A DNA stretch of 64,000 nt from contig CAMVRE010000002.1 of NCBI GenBank assembly GCA_947169825.1, forward strand, positions 1,248 to 65,247. The letters are read 5' to 3'. How positions within the stretch are numbered: the stretch's first letter is position 1; each line of letters opens with the position of its first letter. The position numbers were made by a program, and so were the translations under genes. Source of the DNA: an uncultured Verrucomicrobiota bacterium. GTDB taxonomy: Bacteria > Verrucomicrobiota > Kiritimatiellia > RFP12 > UBA3636. Positions 8,224 to 15,410 of the stretch are shown here, piece by piece. The notes beneath the pieces are model-generated. The model saw only the letters and a list, made by a program, of their open reading frames with translations. It had not been told where the DNA came from and ran no database searches.

Positions 8224-9324
8224 TTACACTTGACCGGCAAGCTTGTATTTCGCCAGTTGCGGCTGCGCTTTCAGAAGCCGCGCCCAGTCGTTCTCCGTGA
8301 GAGCTTTCCACATCCCCGATTTCCAGAATTCGTCCTTGCAGAGTTCCACGAATTCGGGATGCTCGCACAGAAGGTCCACCCAATCGCGATTCGTCACTTC
8401 GGACCAGTCGCACTTGTCGACGAGCTGTGGATATTTGACAAGGATCCGCACCCAGTCCTCCCCATTGATGCGCTTCCAGCTCAAATCGTAATTCTTGGCG
8501 GCCTCCTCGTAGTTCTCGAGGATCAAGTCGGCGATCTCGGCCGACGCGAGGTGCGACGTGTCCCATCTCACGACCGATTTGCCGCCTCGGTTTTCAGTGT
8601 CAGTTGGTTGTTCCGGCTTGTATTTCGCCAGTTGCGGCTGCGCTTTCAGAAGCCGCGCCCAGTCGTTCTCCGTGAGAGCTTTCCACATCCCCGATTTCCA
8701 GAATTCGTCCTTGCAGAGTTCCACGAATTCGGGATGCTCGCACAGAAGGTCCACCCAATCGCGATTCGTCACTTCGGACCAGTCGCACTTGTCGACGAGC
8801 TGTGGATATTTGACAAGGATCCGCACCCAGTCCTCCCCATTGATGCGCTTCCAGCTCAAATCGTAATTCTTGGCGGCCTCCTCGTAGTTCTCGAGGATCA
8901 AGTCGGCGATCTCGGCCGACGCGAGGTGCGACGTGTCCCATTTTCCGATCACGACCGATTTGCCGCTTTGGTTTTCAGCGTCAGTTGGTTGTTCCGGCTT
9001 GTATTTCGCCAGTTGTGGCTGCGCTTTCAGAAGTCGAGACCAGTCGTTCTCCGTGAGAGCTTTCCACATCCTCGATTTCAAGAATTCGTCCTTGCAGAGT
9101 TCCACGAATTCGGGATGCTCGCACAGAAGGTCCACCCAATCGCGATTCGTCACTTCAGACCAGTCGCACTTGTCGACGAGCTGGGGAAGTTTGACAAGAA
9201 TCCGCACCCAGTCCTCCCCGTTGATGCGCTTCCAGCTCAAATCGTATTTTTTGACGGCCTCCTCGTAGTTCTTGAGGATCAAGTCGGCAATCTCGGCCGA
9301 CGCAAGATCCGATGTGTCGAACAT
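8224..9324 (-). CDS. W-repeat protein built from three ~125-aa tandem units
   Basis: Track ORF 8224-9666, trimmed to ATG 9324 (AAGGAG 8 nt upstream); the upstream extension translates repeats. Each unit contains DW.RILVKYPQLVDKCDWSEV..RDWVDLLCEHPEFVELC...NDWARLLKAQPQLAKYK. Confidence 0.7.
   Translation of the reverse strand: MFDTSDLASAEIADLILKNYEEAVKKYDLSWKRINGEDWVRILVKLPQLVDKCDWSEVTNRDWVDLLCEHPEFVELCKDEFLKSRMWKALTENDWSRLLKAQPQLAKYKPEQPTDAENQSGKSVVIGKWDTSHLASAEIADLILENYEEAAKNYDLSWKRINGEDWVRILVKYPQLVDKCDWSEVTNRDWVDLLCEHPEFVELCKDEFWKSGMWKALTENDWARLLKAQPQLAKYKPEQPTDTENRGGKSVVRWDTSHLASAEIADLILENYEEAAKNYDLSWKRINGEDWVRILVKYPQLVDKCDWSEVTNRDWVDLLCEHPEFVELCKDEFWKSGMWKALTENDWARLLKAQPQLAKYKLAGQV
8242..9324. 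repeat. Tandem direct repeat, periods 375 and 381 bp, three copies inside the CDS
   Basis: Copy 1 (8242-8566) and copy 2 (8617-8941) look identical by eye over ~325 bp. Copy 3 (from 8998) differs by scattered substitutions and a 6-nt insertion. Confidence 0.85.
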
Positions 9325-9425
9325 GGCGTTGTCTCCTTTGCGGGTTGCTGGTTGTGAAGAGTGGATGATGCGGTGGAACGGCTGTGGCGTTTTCGCCCGC
9401 GCGCAGTGGGCGGGCAACAAGAGGA

Positions 9426-9455
9426 AGTATAGCACGCCGACGGGTGGGAGTTCAA
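9426..9455 (-). promoter_or_regulatory. Sigma70-like promoter TTGAAC-N18-TATACT upstream of the 8224-9324 gene
   Basis: Minus strand: TTGAAC (comp. 9450-9455), an 18-nt spacer, TATACT (comp. 9426-9431). Confidence 0.4.
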
Positions 9456-9474
9456 GGGTAATTTGCGGATTTGC

Positions 9475-9535
9475 AGGGCGTGGCGGGATGGAGACCCCGC
9501 CACGCCCGCATCGGCCGGGCTCCCGCGGCTTCGGC
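9475..9535. repeat. Repeat family B
   Basis: GGGCGTGGCGGG...CCCCGCCACGCCCGCATCGGCCGG...CTCGCGGCT, a CGTGGCGGGG/CCCCGCCACG hairpin with a conserved tail. Other copies lie at 13884-13960, 32666-32740 and 34416-34492, with partial copies at 1085-1128 and 35712-35735. Confidence 0.6.
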
Positions 9536-9543
9536 GCGCAAGG

Positions 9544-9651
9544 AGGACGACGAGACGACAGGCTGACGGGACGACGAGAAATCGCGCCTCCTTTGCCGGA
9601 GGATCGGGGAGGCGTCTCCCGTCGTCTTGTCGTCCCGTCGTCTTGTCGTCC
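9544..9651. repeat. Repeat family A, copy 3
   Basis: GGACGACGAGACGACAGGCTGACGGGACGACGAGAAATCGCGCCTCCTTTGCCGGAGGATCGGGGAGGCGTCTCCCGTCGTCTTGTCGTCCCGTCGTCTTGTCGTCC. Confidence 0.7.
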
Positions 9652-9707
9652 AGAGACGGCTGTCACAGGGGGAAATCCTCCCCCGCTCGCGGCCGCGTCG
9701 CGGAATC

Positions 9708-9766
9708 GGACGGACTTGCGAGCCCTAGTCGGCCCTGCGGTCGGCGCAAAGGCGGAAGGAATCCGA
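9708..9766. repeat. Repeat family G: 3' module carrying the last FGE-type codons, a stop and downstream sequence; free-standing here after ligA
   Basis: 44 nt, GGACTTGCGAGCCCTAGTCGGCCCTGCGGTCGGCGCA(A/G)AGGCGGAAG, are shared with 14340-14383, where they encode ...FRLCADRRAD-stop of the FGE gene. 31 nt are shared with 37880-37912. A related GGACTTGCGGGACC abuts the stop at 32856. Confidence 0.5.
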
Positions 9767-9767
9767 C

Positions 9768-11609
9768 CTACAAGAGCGCCAGGAACTCCTCTTCGGTGAT
9801 GATTTTCGTTCCGAGCTGCTGGGCCTTCTTGTTCTTGCTGCTGCCCGACCCGGGGTCGTTGGTCACGAGATAGGTGAGCCCCTTCGCCACCGAGGTCCGA
9901 ACCTCATATCCGGCGGCCTCGGCCCGCTTGGACGCCTCGGCGCGGGTCATGGTGTTCAATGCGCCGGTGAAGCACACGGACCCCTTTGAACCGCCCTGAC
10001 GGACATTCCCCTCGGCATTCGCAAGCACCGTGCCGTGATATCGGGAATCGCGCACGATCATCTCGACGATGGCGAAGTTCTCGGAGGCGCATGCCAGGAA
10101 GGCGTCCATCGTCTTCTGCCCGACACCCTCCGGGAAGGAGTCCGGGGGCACACGGCCATCCTGAAGATTCCGATACCCGTAATGGCCGATGATCTTCCTC
10201 AGCGTGATTTCCGCAAGGTCCTTGAACGGAAGCGCCTTGAAAAGATCGACATTGGACGCGCCCATGACGCAGCGGGATATCTCCTTCTCGAAATAGACCT
10301 CCATCTTGTACTTCGGGTTGCCGCGGAAGCCGAGCAGCTTGTCGAAGCTGTCGATGCCCCAGGCCTCCAGGGACTTGCGGCTCACGCGCTTGATGCCGAT
10401 GTTGGCGAGGAAGGTGAGAACCCTCTCGTAACCGCGGGAGGGGCAGCCCTCGTTGGGGCAGCGTATGTCGCAGCCGTCGCGGACCACGTGTGTTCCGCAG
10501 ACGGGGCACACCTTGGGAGGTCGGATGGGGGTGGTCTTGCCGCCTGCGAGGACGCGTGTGATTTTCGGGATGATGTCGCCGGACTTCACGATCTCGACGG
10601 TGCTGCCAATGCCGATGCCCATCTGCCGGATCCAGTCGACGTTGTTCAGCGTCACCCGGGAAATGGTGCTGCCGCCAATGTCGACCGGCTCGATGGTCGC
10701 CACCGGGCTCATCCGGCCGTCCTTGCTTGGCTCGCCCCATTCGATGCCGGTAATCCTGGACTGGGAAACGAGCTGATTCAGCTTGAAGGCGACCTGCGCC
10801 TGAGGGCGGTAGCGGTTCTCCGCCTTGTACAGCGGCGAGGAAAGCACCAGCCCGTCCGTGGGATAACCGAAGTCCCGCTCGGCTAGCTTCGTCAACTGGC
10901 CGACGAGGCCGGCGGGGACAGGATCGAGGCCGATTTCGGTATTCCAGGCCACGTCGAATCCGAGGGCGGCGAGGCGGGAGAACTGCTCGCCCTTGGCGAG
11001 CGCGCCTCCCATGATTTCATAGGCGACGAAGGAAATGTGCCTGAGAAGGGCCGGCTCGGCGGTCTTCTGGCTCATGATTCCCGCGCAGGCGTTGCGGGGG
11101 TTGGCGAACGGTCCGGCGATGGCGGCGAAGTCGGCGTCCTTGATGACCAGTTCCCCGCGAATGTCCAACGGCCCCCCGCGGTTCGGGACCGTGCCGGGAA
11201 CGCCGTTCCCGATGAGCTTCACCTTGTCCGTGATGTCCATGCCCGCATAGCCGTCGCCGCGCGTCGTGGCGCTGGCCAGCTTGCCCTTCTCGTAATGGAG
11301 TCGGCAGCTGATGCCGTCGATCTTGGCGCTGACCGAAAGCACGGGATTCATCGGAAGCACCCGGGAGGAAATCCAGGAAAGGAGCTTGGCCGGCTCCTCG
11401 GCCTTCATCTTGTCCAGCGACCCCATGACGAAGGGGTGGCTGACCTTGCCGGTCTCCTCGTGGAGGCTGTCGCGGAACGCCGAATACTCTTCGGGCGACA
11501 CCGTCTTCTTGTAGGCCTCGCAGAGGTCGTCGAAGGCCTGGTCGGTCATGATGGGCCGCCCAATGCGATAGGCCTTGTTCGCCTCGATGATCTGCTCTCG
11601 GATCGTCAT
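9768..11609 (-). CDS. ligA: NAD-dependent-type DNA ligase, short and divergent (613 aa)
   Basis: Adenylation motif SAKIDGIS, ATTRGDGYAGMDIT, IRGELV, Zn finger CPVCGTHVVRDGCDIRCPNEGCP, and a C-terminal BRCT-like GSVCFTGALNTMTRAEASKRAEAAGYEVRTSVAKGLTYLVTND. Whether this is the housekeeping ligase or an accessory paralogue cannot be decided from the window. Confidence 0.75.
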   Translation of the reverse strand: MTIREQIIEANKAYRIGRPIMTDQAFDDLCEAYKKTVSPEEYSAFRDSLHEETGKVSHPFVMGSLDKMKAEEPAKLLSWISSRVLPMNPVLSVSAKIDGISCRLHYEKGKLASATTRGDGYAGMDITDKVKLIGNGVPGTVPNRGGPLDIRGELVIKDADFAAIAGPFANPRNACAGIMSQKTAEPALLRHISFVAYEIMGGALAKGEQFSRLAALGFDVAWNTEIGLDPVPAGLVGQLTKLAERDFGYPTDGLVLSSPLYKAENRYRPQAQVAFKLNQLVSQSRITGIEWGEPSKDGRMSPVATIEPVDIGGSTISRVTLNNVDWIRQMGIGIGSTVEIVKSGDIIPKITRVLAGGKTTPIRPPKVCPVCGTHVVRDGCDIRCPNEGCPSRGYERVLTFLANIGIKRVSRKSLEAWGIDSFDKLLGFRGNPKYKMEVYFEKEISRCVMGASNVDLFKALPFKDLAEITLRKIIGHYGYRNLQDGRVPPDSFPEGVGQKTMDAFLACASENFAIVEMIVRDSRYHGTVLANAEGNVRQGGSKGSVCFTGALNTMTRAEASKRAEAAGYEVRTSVAKGLTYLVTNDPGSGSSKNKKAQQLGTKIITEEEFLALL

Positions 11610-11748
11610 GGAAACTCCTTCCGCTACGTTCTTTCAAGGGCAACCACCATGAACCCCTCACCATTGTGCAGTATACGGGAAACCGGTTGGAAAATCAAGG
11701 AAAAACAATAGAAATCCATTGCGCGCTGCGGGACCGGGCGGACTTGCC

Positions 11749-13845
11749 CTACGAAACGACCCAGCGGCCGTTGCGCTCTTCGCGGATTTCGTCGAGGCGG
11801 ACGAGGCCGTCCGGGCCGAGGACGAAGGTCGCCTCGACGTCCCGGTATCCGCGATGGAGCGTGAGTTCAATCGCCGGGGCTCCGTCCGTGCGGTAGGCCG
11901 TCACGTCCAGGAGCTTGACTCCCGGCTCGGTGCACGTCCACTCGAAGGTCTCGCCGGTCGCGCGCCGGACGATCCGCACGACGGTCATGTCCTCCGCCTT
12001 TGCGAGTTCTTCGTCGCGGGTGTCCTTCGCCTCGACGGCGCCGGGGCTCTTGCCGTTCACGGAAACCTCGAAGGCGTCCGGCCGGTCGCGCGCCCGCATG
12101 TCCCGCCAGGCCAGCCCCCACGCCGTTTCCGCGTCGGGGTCGCAGCCGTGCGCGAGGAGCGTGTTTTCGATCCGGGATCCCCAACCGTTGTAGAGGGTGT
12201 ACCAGAGCAGGTTGCGGCCGAGGGCGTCGACGCAGGACTTCAGGATACCGGGTTTCTTCGCCTCGGCCCGTTCCAGCCAGGCGGCCGCCTCCATCGCCTC
12301 CCAGTTCGCGCAGACGAAGAAGAGCATCCGGCGTTCGTCGAGCAGCTCCTTCGTCTTTTCGTCGTTCGCGAGCAGCCATTCCAGGGTCTTCGTCCGGTAG
12401 AGGGCCAGGACGACGGCGAGCACGCGCGCGTCGACGCGCCGGCCGGACACGGCGAGCCGCATCGCCAGCTGCGCGGGGGCGTCGGCCTTGATCGCCTTCT
12501 TCAGCTTGGGGTCGAGCCGGACCTTGTCCGCGTCCACGTCGTCGGAGTAGTCGGATCGCGCCACGCTCTTGAAGAACGCGGGGTCGGTGCAGCGCGCCTC
12601 CGCGCCGGCGGGGCCGCCGTTCTCCGCCGCCCAGCGGCGGCCGTTGCGGGTGTCGAGCAGCGCGAGGGGGACGTCGCGCGCCTCGAGGGGCGGGAGCCCC
12701 GCGAAGGGGCCGGACTCATGCCGGAGCCCCTCGTCGTCGGCCAGGCGCAGCAGCCGCGCGCGCGTCGGCTTCGGAATCTCCCGGTCGAGGATCGCGTCGG
12801 CGAGGATCCGCTCGCGCGGGCCGAAGGGGCTCGCGAGCGATTCGGGCTCGTAGTCCATCGCGAGGAGGGCGGCGATCCCCCGGTCCGGGTCCGACCGGAG
12901 GAGCGCCCGGACGCCCTCGCTTGTGGACGGAACCGGCTTCGCCCCGGGCGCGGAGGCCGGCACGAAGAGCGGCTCCGCCTCGCGGCGCGCCCGGCGCCCT
13001 GGGGCGGCGGCGGTTCCGTCCGCGGAGGGCCGGACGGCGTCCTCGGCGGCCGCTTCGACGAGATCCGTCCACGAGAACCCGTAGCGGCACTTGCGGCCGG
13101 GCTTCGCCCCGGCCTGGCGGATCAGGTCGAAGAACGCGCGGCCTTCGTCGCCGGCGAGCCATCGCGTCCAGTCCGGTCCGTCGAGCCGGGTGCAGCGCCA
13201 GGCCGCATAGAAGAGGGGCGAATAGCCGAGGGCGTCGACGAAGTCCGCCCGGCCGAGCTTTGGCCGGAGCTTCTTCAGGACGAACGCGAGGCGGGCGGCG
13301 GACGGGCAGTTCGCGCAGGCGTAGAGGAACATCTCGCGGACGGGGAAGAGCGGGGAATCCTTCTCCGCGGCCCGGAGGAAGGCGATCGCCGAAGCGGTCG
13401 ACGTCCCCCCGCGCAGGAACCGCTCGGCGCCCGCCCGGGAGGCGGGGCGTTTGGCGTCGGGGTCGTCCAGTTCCGGATGGATGCGGGAAAAGAAGCAGTC
13501 GTCCTCGAGGTTCCGGAAATCCCGGAAGCCGGGGACCCGCTTCGCGACGAGCCGGGCGAGGTAGCCCGCGACGTCCGCCTCCCCGAGGTAGCGCATCCAG
13601 ACGCGGGCCTTCTCCCTGGGCGGGACCTTGGACGCCGGCGCCGTCAGCGCCCCCTCCAGCAGATGGACCGGCGCGCGGCAGCCGCGGACGTATTCCAGGT
13701 CGAGGTCGTCGCGGAAGAGCCGCGCGAGCCGCGACGCCGCGAACGGGTGCAGCGCCTGGATCGCCTCCGCGGTGTTTCCGCCGGGATTCTCGCGGGCGGC
13801 CTTGCGTTTTGCTTCGTATTCGGACAGGATTTCGTCGGCGTTCAA
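11749..13845 (-). CDS. Hypothetical 698-aa protein with degenerate ankyrin-like repeats
   Basis: Track ORF 11749-14613, trimmed to TTG (comp. 13843-13845), which is preceded by AAGGAG at 6 nt; the upstream part translates repeats B, C and G and overlaps the FGE gene. DALGYSPLFYAAW... and DALGRNLLWYTLYNGWGSRIENTLLAHGCDPDAE resemble ANK repeats. Confidence 0.55.
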   Translation of the reverse strand: MNADEILSEYEAKRKAARENPGGNTAEAIQALHPFAASRLARLFRDDLDLEYVRGCRAPVHLLEGALTAPASKVPPREKARVWMRYLGEADVAGYLARLVAKRVPGFRDFRNLEDDCFFSRIHPELDDPDAKRPASRAGAERFLRGGTSTASAIAFLRAAEKDSPLFPVREMFLYACANCPSAARLAFVLKKLRPKLGRADFVDALGYSPLFYAAWRCTRLDGPDWTRWLAGDEGRAFFDLIRQAGAKPGRKCRYGFSWTDLVEAAAEDAVRPSADGTAAAPGRRARREAEPLFVPASAPGAKPVPSTSEGVRALLRSDPDRGIAALLAMDYEPESLASPFGPRERILADAILDREIPKPTRARLLRLADDEGLRHESGPFAGLPPLEARDVPLALLDTRNGRRWAAENGGPAGAEARCTDPAFFKSVARSDYSDDVDADKVRLDPKLKKAIKADAPAQLAMRLAVSGRRVDARVLAVVLALYRTKTLEWLLANDEKTKELLDERRMLFFVCANWEAMEAAAWLERAEAKKPGILKSCVDALGRNLLWYTLYNGWGSRIENTLLAHGCDPDAETAWGLAWRDMRARDRPDAFEVSVNGKSPGAVEAKDTRDEELAKAEDMTVVRIVRRATGETFEWTCTEPGVKLLDVTAYRTDGAPAIELTLHRGYRDVEATFVLGPDGLVRLDEIREERNGRWVVS

Positions 13846-13978
13846 GTCGTTCTCCTTTCTTTGCGGCCTCGCAGGTTTCGCGGCCTCGCAGGGCGTGGCG
13901 GGGTCTCCGCCCCGCCACGCCCGCATCGGCCGGATGCTCGCGGCTTCGCCGCTCGGGGATTTCCCGCGGTTATGTTCC

Positions 13979-14007
13979 AGTATACCGACCGGCGGCGGAG
14001 AGTTCAC
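13979..14007 (-). promoter_or_regulatory. Possible promoter GTGAAC-N17-TATACT; leader would contain a family B hairpin
   Basis: Minus strand: GTGAAC (comp. 14002-14007), a 17-nt spacer, TATACT (comp. 13979-13984). Confidence 0.35.
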
Positions 14008-14350
14008 CCCGGCGGCCGGTCTTTTCCGGTGCCGGGTCTTCGGGTTGCCGGGTTTTCGGGATTTCGCTCCGGGTTGTCGGCGCGCGGCGAGGCCGCGCTT
14101 GTTCGGGACTTCGCGAAAACTGCCCTGCGGCGGCGAACGCCGCACGAAACCCCGGGGCGAAAACCCGGAAAAGGCGCCGCGAGCGGCGCCGGCCGAAAAC
14201 CCAAAACCGGGAAGACCTCGCAGCCGGTCGACGACATCGACGACCCGCGCACGGAAGACCGAAGGCCGGGCGTGCGCGGAGCGAAGCGGAGAGACAACGC
14301 CCGGCCGTGCGCGCGGCGGAGCCGTCGCGCACGAGCCGGACTTGCGAGCC

Positions 14351-15376
14351 CTAGTCGGCCCTGCGGTCGGCGCAGAGGCGGAAGCCGAGGTCGTCCATCG
14401 CGGAGACGAAACACTTGAGATTGCACTCGTAAGCCGGTTGGCGCTCGCGACTGGAAGCCTTCGCCCGCCGGCCGCCGCAGTAGATTCCTTTGTACCCGCA
14501 GTTGCTCGCGGTCCATTCCCCGACCAAGCCGAGCATGTCGTGGAGGCCGAACGCATTGGCGCGCTTTCTGCCGACCGGCGGCAAATCTTCAGAAGTGCCA
14601 TTCCACTCGCCATCGCCCCATGAGACGGTATCGAGGTTCTCTTCCGTGATCTCCACGCCGTCTTCCCGAAGGCAGTAGTCGCCCTTCGATCCGGCGCGAC
14701 AGGCGTATTCCCACTCCTCCGCCGTCGGGAGGCGGAACGAGAGTCCCGAGCTCTTCACGGCGTCCAGTTCGTTCAGCTTCTCGAGAAAACGCTCGCACAC
14801 GCCGTCGTAGGCAATCACCATGTAACGCCGCCACACGTCCTCCCACTCTTCTTCCCCATAATATTCCCGGAACTCATCCTCCCCCTGGTCCTCGAAGGGG
14901 TAGTAGTCGCGCGGGCAGTCCGTGTGGGGAAGGTCGGCGTCGGCCTTCCTCGGGCGAGCGCCGCCCAAAACGGCCCACCATTGCCTGTTCGTCACGGGGA
15001 AAACGCCCATGAACAGTCCCGACGGGAGTTCCTTCATCACGAGGTCGACGCCCTTTCGGGGTAGCGGAACGGTCACGGTCTGAAGAGCCTTTCCGCGGTT
15101 GCGCGCGATTCCGTCCGCGATCTTCTTTTCCGCCTCCGCCTTCGCATCCCGCTCGGCGATCTTCTTGAGAAGGTGCTCGCGGATGCCCTCCATGGTATCG
15201 CCAAGCATGAGCAGCCCGGCCAGGCTTTCCCTAGCCCGTTCCGGAGTCATCCCCGACTCGATCGCGAGCTCTTCGAGGGTCATCGAGGAATAGTCCGGCG
15301 CCGCCTTCTTGACGGATGCCTTCTTCGCGGGAGTTTTCGTAGGTGCCTTCTTCGCGGGCGTCTTCTTCTGTGCCAT
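14351..15376 (-). CDS. FGE/SUMF1-family (formylglycine-generating-enzyme fold) domain protein with Lys/Ala/Pro-rich N-terminal tail
   Basis: Track ORF 14351-15724, trimmed to ATG 15376 (AGGAG upstream). N-terminus MAQKKTPAKKAPTKTPAKKASVKKAAP. The FGE blocks are GVFPVTNRQWW..., SGLSFRLPTAEEWEYACRAGS, NAFGLHDMLGLVGEWT and GFRLCADRR. Confidence 0.8.
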   Translation of the reverse strand: MAQKKTPAKKAPTKTPAKKASVKKAAPDYSSMTLEELAIESGMTPERARESLAGLLMLGDTMEGIREHLLKKIAERDAKAEAEKKIADGIARNRGKALQTVTVPLPRKGVDLVMKELPSGLFMGVFPVTNRQWWAVLGGARPRKADADLPHTDCPRDYYPFEDQGEDEFREYYGEEEWEDVWRRYMVIAYDGVCERFLEKLNELDAVKSSGLSFRLPTAEEWEYACRAGSKGDYCLREDGVEITEENLDTVSWGDGEWNGTSEDLPPVGRKRANAFGLHDMLGLVGEWTASNCGYKGIYCGGRRAKASSRERQPAYECNLKCFVSAMDDLGFRLCADRRAD

Positions 15377-15410
15377 TTTGGTTTCTCCTGTGCCGTCGCG
15401 GCGCTCCCGG
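15377..15410 (-). promoter_or_regulatory. Truncated copy of the portable leader module (promoter part missing) between the recD stop and the FGE start
   Basis: The minus strand reads CTAG-CCGGGAGCGCCGCGACGGCACAGGAGAAACCAAA-ATG. Only the 3' half of the leader hairpin and the SD survive, abutting the recD stop at 15411. Confidence 0.45.

Noticed and set aside
3189-9700. Integron or other classical mobile element (IS, transposon, prophage) explaining the AT-rich cargo genes
   Set aside because: I recognised no integrase, transposase, recombinase, phage structural or tRNA gene anywhere in the window. The flanking repeats do not resemble attC sites (no R''-L''/L'-R' organisation that I can see). 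The cassette-like pattern is kept as a finding but not called a mobile element.
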